Shown here piece after piece: positions 58,684 through 64,000 of a stretch of 64,000 bases of DNA. The notes under the pieces are model-generated. The model was not told the DNA's origin. It saw only the letters and a list, made by a program, of their open reading frames with translations, and made no database searches. The stretch lies in the IMG/VR virus record IMGVR_UViG_3300043464_001711, positions 1-64,000 of that record; one strand, given 5' to 3'. Origin of the DNA: a virus. Numbering within the stretch: the first letter of the stretch is position 1; the number at the start of each line of letters is the position of its first letter. The position numbers and the translations under genes were made by a program.

Positions 58684-61485
58684 ATGGCATCAGACAAAAT
58701 ATTCGTATCACCAGGTGTGTTTACATCTGAAAAAGATTTAAGTTTTGTAGCACAACAAGTTGGTGTAACCACTTTAGGTGTTGTCGGAGAAACAACCAAA
58801 GGTCCTGCTTTTGAACCAATCTTCATTACAAATTATGAAGAGTTTACGGCAATATTTGGTGGTCTTAACCCTAAAAGATTTGGGGGTGAATCTAGAAAAC
58901 CTAAATTTGAATTACCTTATATAGCGAAAAGTTATCTACAACAATCAAACCAAATGTTTGTAACAAGAATTCTTGGTTTAACTGGTTATGATGCTGGTGA
59001 CGCTTGGTTACTAACGGCTAGTGCTAACTACGACCCATCAACAATTGGTGTTTCTGTAGCGGCTCAAGATTTTACTTGTAACTTTACAGGTGGGACCGAG
59101 TACTTTAATTTTGCAGGACCAGGAGCTACTGAGGCTGAAGTGTTATTTGATGCAGCATTATTCCCTAATGGGCCAACAAATACTACTGCAACCCCAGTAC
59201 CAAATGATACTGTTACATACCCTGAAGGTATCTATTTTGAAAAAGTAGGAACTTCTTTCGTTGGTTATAGTGCTAGTATTGTACAAACAGGTGTTGTTGG
59301 TACAAGTGGTACGTCATCGGGTACTGTAATAACATATTCAGCATCTTCTTACTCAGAATATGAAGGAATGGTATTAGCTATGTTAAGGTCAAGAGGTGAT
59401 TATGGTGACGTTAATAATGTTACAGATACTCTTACATATAGAACTTTACAGTCACAATCTGGACTTGTTATGAACCCATTAAATACTGGTACAAACTCTG
59501 AAGCTGATTTTGTATTATCTGCGACAAACAATACTACAAGTGCTATTACTAGATATGATGTTTCTTTAGATACAACTTCTAGAAATTATTTACCTAGAGT
59601 ACTTGGTACAGATTTCTTTGATAGAGATGCTTTAGTATTTGTTGAAGAACTTTATCCTAATAAACTAAATGAATTAATTGAAAATGGTTATATTCTTGGA
59701 TTAAACACAGGCTTAACCTATACAAATAATTTTGAAAATTACCAACAACAATGGCAAACACCTGAGACACCTTGGGTTGTTTCTGAATTACGTGGTAACA
59801 TTGTACAAAAATTATTTAAGTTTGTATCTATATCTGATGGTACTATGGCAAACAAAGAAATTAAAATTTCAATAGCTAACATTAAACCTGATACAAAAGA
59901 GTTTGACATTATAGTTAGAGATTTTTATGATAATGATACAAGACCTTCAATTATTGAGTCTTTCCGTAAAGTTGTTATGGACCCTTCTAGTAGTAATTTT
60001 ATTGGTAGAAGAATAGGTACAGCCGATGGTGAATTCTCTTTAAGAAGTAGATATATCATGATGGTAACTAACCCTGAATCCCCAATTGACGCATTCCCAG
60101 CGGGTTATGAAGGTTATATCGTTAGAGATTACCCAACAGGAGTTTTAGCACCACAATTAAATTTTAAAACTCAATATGATATTGTAAACGATAATATCAG
60201 AAAAGTATATTTAGGTTTATCCGATACTGTTGGTATTGATCAAAACATGTTTAACTGGAAAGGTTATACAAATGGAGTTACACCAGCTCAGTGGACAGCT
60301 AGAACAGAAGGATATCACATGGATAGTGGAGCTACAGTAGCTGGTAATTTTGTTGTAGGATGTTGTCCATTTAGAACACTTTCTGGTCTTGAAGGTACTT
60401 CTTACGAATCTATTCAATCCAGAAAATTCACATTAGCACCTTATTTAGGTTTTGATGGTTGGAACTCTTACAGAACAACTAGAACAAATGAAGATAGGTA
60501 TAAAGTTGGTAGAGCCGGATTTGAAAATGGTTTAAATGAAGAAGAATTTAAAATTGTGGGTACTAATGAAGGAACTTCTGACTATTACGCATACTTACAA
60601 GGTATCCGTACTTTTAGAAATCCTGAAGCGGTTAATATTAACGTATTAGCTACACCTGGTATTGATTATAGTGACAACTCAGAATTAGTTGGTATAACAA
60701 TTGACATGGTTGAAGAAGAAAGGGCAGATTCAGTTTATATCTTAACTTCACCTGAAGGTGTTACTTATAATAGTGTCACACAATTGACTAGTTTAGGATT
60801 CTCAACGGTAGATGTACCTTCAGCTGACGACATGGTAGGTTTACTTGAAGCAGCCGACATTGATTCTAACTACACAGCCACTTACTGGCCATGGATTCAA
60901 TCATTAGATAATGAAAACAATGTTAATGTTTGGTTACCACCTACATATGAAGTAGTACGTAACATCGCTTTAACTGATAACGTATCATTCCCATGGTTCG
61001 CTTCGGCTGGTTATACAAGAGGTCTTACTTCAGCTATCCAAGCTAGAGTTAAATTGACTGAATCAGATAGAGACACTCTTTATGAAGGAAGAATTAATCC
61101 AATGGCTACATTCTCTGATCAAGGAGTTGTAATTTGGGGTAATAAAAATTTACAAATTAAAGATTCAGCTCTTGATAGATTGAACATTAGAAGATTGTTA
61201 CTACAAACAAGAAAATTAATTTCAGCGGTAGCAGTAAGATTGTTATTCGAACAAAACGACCAAATTGTGAGAAACCAATTCTTATCACTTGTTAATCCAA
61301 TCTTGGAAAACATTAAGAGAGAAAGAGGTTTGGCTGACTTTAGAGTTGTTCTTTCTAATGACCCTGAAGAAATCGATAGAAATGAATTAAGAGGTAAAAT
61401 ATTTATCAAACCTGTACCATCACTAGAATTCATAATCTTAGAATTCAATGTAACATCTACAGGAGCTTCTTTCGATAACCTATAA
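58684..61485 (+). CDS. gp18: Contractile tail sheath protein (T4 gp18 family)
   Basis: VSPGVFTSEKD, GETTKGPAF, PWFASAGYTRG, LDRLNIRRLL, LEFI.LEF. Confidence 0.97.
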   Translation: MASDKIFVSPGVFTSEKDLSFVAQQVGVTTLGVVGETTKGPAFEPIFITNYEEFTAIFGGLNPKRFGGESRKPKFELPYIAKSYLQQSNQMFVTRILGLTGYDAGDAWLLTASANYDPSTIGVSVAAQDFTCNFTGGTEYFNFAGPGATEAEVLFDAALFPNGPTNTTATPVPNDTVTYPEGIYFEKVGTSFVGYSASIVQTGVVGTSGTSSGTVITYSASSYSEYEGMVLAMLRSRGDYGDVNNVTDTLTYRTLQSQSGLVMNPLNTGTNSEADFVLSATNNTTSAITRYDVSLDTTSRNYLPRVLGTDFFDRDALVFVEELYPNKLNELIENGYILGLNTGLTYTNNFENYQQQWQTPETPWVVSELRGNIVQKLFKFVSISDGTMANKEIKISIANIKPDTKEFDIIVRDFYDNDTRPSIIESFRKVVMDPSSSNFIGRRIGTADGEFSLRSRYIMMVTNPESPIDAFPAGYEGYIVRDYPTGVLAPQLNFKTQYDIVNDNIRKVYLGLSDTVGIDQNMFNWKGYTNGVTPAQWTARTEGYHMDSGATVAGNFVVGCCPFRTLSGLEGTSYESIQSRKFTLAPYLGFDGWNSYRTTRTNEDRYKVGRAGFENGLNEEEFKIVGTNEGTSDYYAYLQGIRTFRNPEAVNINVLATPGIDYSDNSELVGITIDMVEEERADSVYILTSPEGVTYNSVTQLTSLGFSTVDVPSADDMVGLLEAADIDSNYTATYWPWIQSLDNENNVNVWLPPTYEVVRNIALTDNVSFPWFASAGYTRGLTSAIQARVKLTESDRDTLYEGRINPMATFSDQGVVIWGNKNLQIKDSALDRLNIRRLLLQTRKLISAVAVRLLFEQNDQIVRNQFLSLVNPILENIKRERGLADFRVVLSNDPEEIDRNELRGKIFIKPVPSLEFIILEFNVTSTGASFDNL

Positions 61486-61501
61486 GAATAAATAAATAAC
61501 T

Positions 61502-61533
61502 AAAAGGCTCACTAGTAAAGTGGGCCTTTTTTT
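61502..61533 (+). terminator. Intrinsic terminator
   Basis: AGGCTCACT...AGTGGGCCT followed by a T-run. Confidence 0.85.
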
Positions 61534-61586
61534 TATCAAAAATAACTTTTTCTTAAAAGAAAGATATTTATAATAAAAAAGAAATT

Positions 61587-62144
61587 ATGTCAAAAATTAT
61601 TAATAAAAAACAATTGGACGTTCTTATTGAATCAACACTTAAAGAATGGAATTATAATATGGATTCTCATGGTATGAGTCAGGCAACGGGTGGCTTTTGT
61701 GAAGGAAAATGGGGTGATCCTGAATGTATGAAATATTGGTTAAATACTGGGCATATACATAAAAAAGAATATGATGACTGGGAAGAAAATTATTCACAAA
61801 AAACGTCTGAAATAAAAGAAGGCAAAGGTACCATGTGTGAATGTGGTGGTATGGTGTATGAAGGAGAATGTAATGAGTGTGGAACTTCATATATGAAAAA
61901 AGGTAAAAAAGAAGAGAAAATAAAAAATCCTGGTAAATATATAAATGGGCCTAGAACAGAAGCCGGAATTGATGATGACGGTGATGGTGTCCCTAATCGT
62001 GCAGATAAAAAACCTAAAGATGGTAATGTGACAGAAGCTTCAGTTAAAGATTTAGCTGAATCAGTTACAAAAACATTTGACGCATCATTCTTAACAGAGA
62101 ATATGGATAACTTTAAAAAGTTAATTAATTACAGAAACAAATAA
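61587..62144 (+). CDS. Hypothetical late protein with Cys knuckle and TSP3-like Ca-binding motif
   Basis: CECGG..EGECNECG; DDDGDGVPNRAD. Confidence 0.7.
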   Translation: MSKIINKKQLDVLIESTLKEWNYNMDSHGMSQATGGFCEGKWGDPECMKYWLNTGHIHKKEYDDWEENYSQKTSEIKEGKGTMCECGGMVYEGECNECGTSYMKKGKKEEKIKNPGKYINGPRTEAGIDDDGDGVPNRADKKPKDGNVTEASVKDLAESVTKTFDASFLTENMDNFKKLINYRNK

Positions 62145-62155
62145 AAACTAATAAA

Positions 62156-62812
62156 ATGACAAAAGTAAGATATAAAATCAGAAAAGAACAACTAGAAAGA
62201 GTTGTTGAAAATTTTGTAATGGAATCAGCGATGATTGAAAAGAACGCTGCTAAAAAACACAAAATGTCGATGGGTGCTGAACAAGCTGACGATATGGGTG
62301 AAGGAATGGAAAAAGCTAAAGAAGTTAAAAAAGCTAAAATGAAACAAGCTCCTGAAGTTAAAAAACACATCCACGGAAAAGTTAACGAATCTAGAGTGTT
62401 AAGAGAAAATTCTGAAGAAGAGGCGATGGAATTTTTAAATGATTTAAAAGAAAATGACCCTGAAGCATACGCAAAATTAGAACAATCAGCAAAAAGTATT
62501 CAAGCAAAATTAGAATCTGGAATGCAAGAAGAAGGATTACGTGATACTTTTAATAGGATAAAGGGTAAAATAGGTGGTGTACTATCTACTATTGGTATTG
62601 GTGGTTTAGGTGTTTTTGGTAGTAGCCTTGAACAAGCGGCTAAAATGGGTAATTACGCAGTAGATTTGACAGACCCTTTATTTGTTACATCTGTGATAGC
62701 TCTTTTAACTGGTGGTGGTCTTGTAGCCTCAAAAATACACCAAACAACAAAAGCACAAGAAAAAGAAAGAATGGAAAGAGCTAAGGCTAAATTAAAAAAT
62801 AGAAATATATAA
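62156..62812 (+). CDS. Hypothetical late protein with two hydrophobic segments
   Basis: Leader and LxE sites; GGVLSTIGIGGLG and LFVTSVIALLTGGGLV. Confidence 0.7.
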   Translation: MTKVRYKIRKEQLERVVENFVMESAMIEKNAAKKHKMSMGAEQADDMGEGMEKAKEVKKAKMKQAPEVKKHIHGKVNESRVLRENSEEEAMEFLNDLKENDPEAYAKLEQSAKSIQAKLESGMQEEGLRDTFNRIKGKIGGVLSTIGIGGLGVFGSSLEQAAKMGNYAVDLTDPLFVTSVIALLTGGGLVASKIHQTTKAQEKERMERAKAKLKNRNI

Positions 62813-62841
62813 ATTTTTTATTTAAAATAAATAAACCCCGT

Positions 62842-63201
62842 TTAATCGGGGTTTTTTGTTTTATCTAATTTTCTACTTTTTAAAACTATATCACATTTTT
62901 CTTTTGTTATAAGAGCTGATTCTCTAATTTCCTCGGTATAGTTAAAGGCTTTTTTTAAGTAAAAAAACCAGAAAAAAAAGTGTCCAACAAAGGAGGGGAA
63001 TAATATTAGTTTAGCAAAAGTTGGTGCTCCAAATAAAAAACAAACAATAGACGGAGACATAAAAATTAAAAAGAAAAGAATAAACATATAGTTTTCGTTT
63101 GAATAAAAAAGAATTCTTTTACACTCTTTTTTAGTTTCCACAATTTCTTCAGTTGAAACATCTTTCCACTTTTCAATAATCATATGTTCTTTATAATCCA
63201 T
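62842..63201 (-). CDS. Hypothetical membrane protein
   Basis: Two TM-like segments. Confidence 0.6.
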   Translation of the reverse strand: MDYKEHMIIEKWKDVSTEEIVETKKECKRILFYSNENYMFILFFLIFMSPSIVCFLFGAPTFAKLILFPSFVGHFFFWFFYLKKAFNYTEEIRESALITKEKCDIVLKSRKLDKTKNPD

Positions 63202-63287
63202 TTTATAATGTATTTAATCAGATTAATATTCTCTTTTTATAAAGATAACAATATTTATCTATATAACTATAAATATTTTAAAAAAAA

Positions 63288-64000
63288 ATGAAAAAAATTA
63301 TCATAACTGAATCACAAGCAAAGTTTTTAAAACAATATCTTAACGAAGAAAGAGATTTAAGATTATACTCATTTGATTGGGATGATAACATATTAAACAT
63401 GCCAACTGAAATTTATCTTAAAGATAATATGGGAAATGTTGTTGGGATGTCCACACATGAATTTGCTGAATACAGACATTTAATAGGTAAAGAACCTTTT
63501 AAATATAAAGGTAAAATGGTTGTGGGTTATGATGAAGACCCTTATAGAGATTTTAAAGATCCAAATGCATTTATTAGAGATGCTAAAATAGCTATAGAAA
63601 ATGAAGATTTTGCGCCAAGTATCGGTAAATTTATTGAAGCTTTAATTTACGCTAATCCACTTTCAATTAATACGGCTAGGGGGCACGACCCAAAAGTTCT
63701 TAAAAAAGGTCTTAGATTTTTTATCGATAAAGTTCTTACAGAAGATGAAAAAGAAGAAATGGTTGAAAATATAAAAGACGCTTACCAATACGAAGGTAAT
63801 TATCCACAAGACTTTTTAAATAAAATAAATAACCTTAATACCAATCAGTTAATAGATTTTTATTTAGATAGTAGGGTTAAATATTATCCTGTTTCTTCTG
63901 ATAAATTTGGTGAGAAGTCTGGGTTACCAGTTACAGGTGGGGCAGCAAACCCTGAATATGCAAAACAAGTAGCTTTATCACATTTCTTACAAACTAATTT
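63288..64000 (+). CDS. HAD-superfamily phosphatase-like protein with leader (partial, runs off the window)
   Basis: MKKIIITESQAKFLKQYLNEE-RDLRLYSFDWDDNI...INTARGH. Confidence 0.75.
   Translation, partial: MKKIIITESQAKFLKQYLNEERDLRLYSFDWDDNILNMPTEIYLKDNMGNVVGMSTHEFAEYRHLIGKEPFKYKGKMVVGYDEDPYRDFKDPNAFIRDAKIAIENEDFAPSIGKFIEALIYANPLSINTARGHDPKVLKKGLRFFIDKVLTEDEKEEMVENIKDAYQYEGNYPQDFLNKINNLNTNQLIDFYLDSRVKYYPVSSDKFGEKSGLPVTGGAANPEYAKQVALSHFLQTN

Noticed and set aside
1-64000. Stop-codon reassignment as in Lak or crAss-like phages
   Set aside because: Conserved genes are full length in code 11, and TAA, TAG (e.g. 7541, 12793) and TGA all end genes
1-64000. tRNA, rRNA or integrase genes
   Set aside because: None recognised; intergenic gaps are short and mostly explained by terminators and promoters (tRNAscan not run)

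Overview
64 kb of an AT-rich, T4-like jumbo myophage genome in the standard genetic code. The host is most likely Bacteroidota: TTTG-N18-20-TATATTTG promoters, A-rich starts without Shine-Dalgarno, and a DUF4494-like gene. The window holds head genes (scaffold, gp23-like capsid), baseplate spike, neck, tail-terminator, tail-fibre and sheath genes, PolB, an SNF2 helicase, a gp55-like late sigma factor, PhoH, and a ~12 kb GDP-fucose/glycosyltransferase/methyltransferase cluster. Highlights: (1) a dUTPase fractured into two genes by a naturally split intein, with a free-standing endonuclease between the halves; (2) a glycosyltransferase interrupted by a 5-nt duplication with the geometry of a ribosomal stop-hop (AGT-TA-AGT), preceded by a hairpin and overlapped by an endonuclease gene; (3) unrelated proteins sharing [LI]xE-ended N-terminal leaders and a late promoter, suggesting a capsid-cargo system; (4) a late promoter motif (G/A)ATATTTAT, with start-codon-occluding hairpins; (5) an HNH endonuclease fused to a Mom-like domain; (6) gene cassettes flanked by duplicated terminators. 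All family assignments are from motif recognition by eye; no searches were run.
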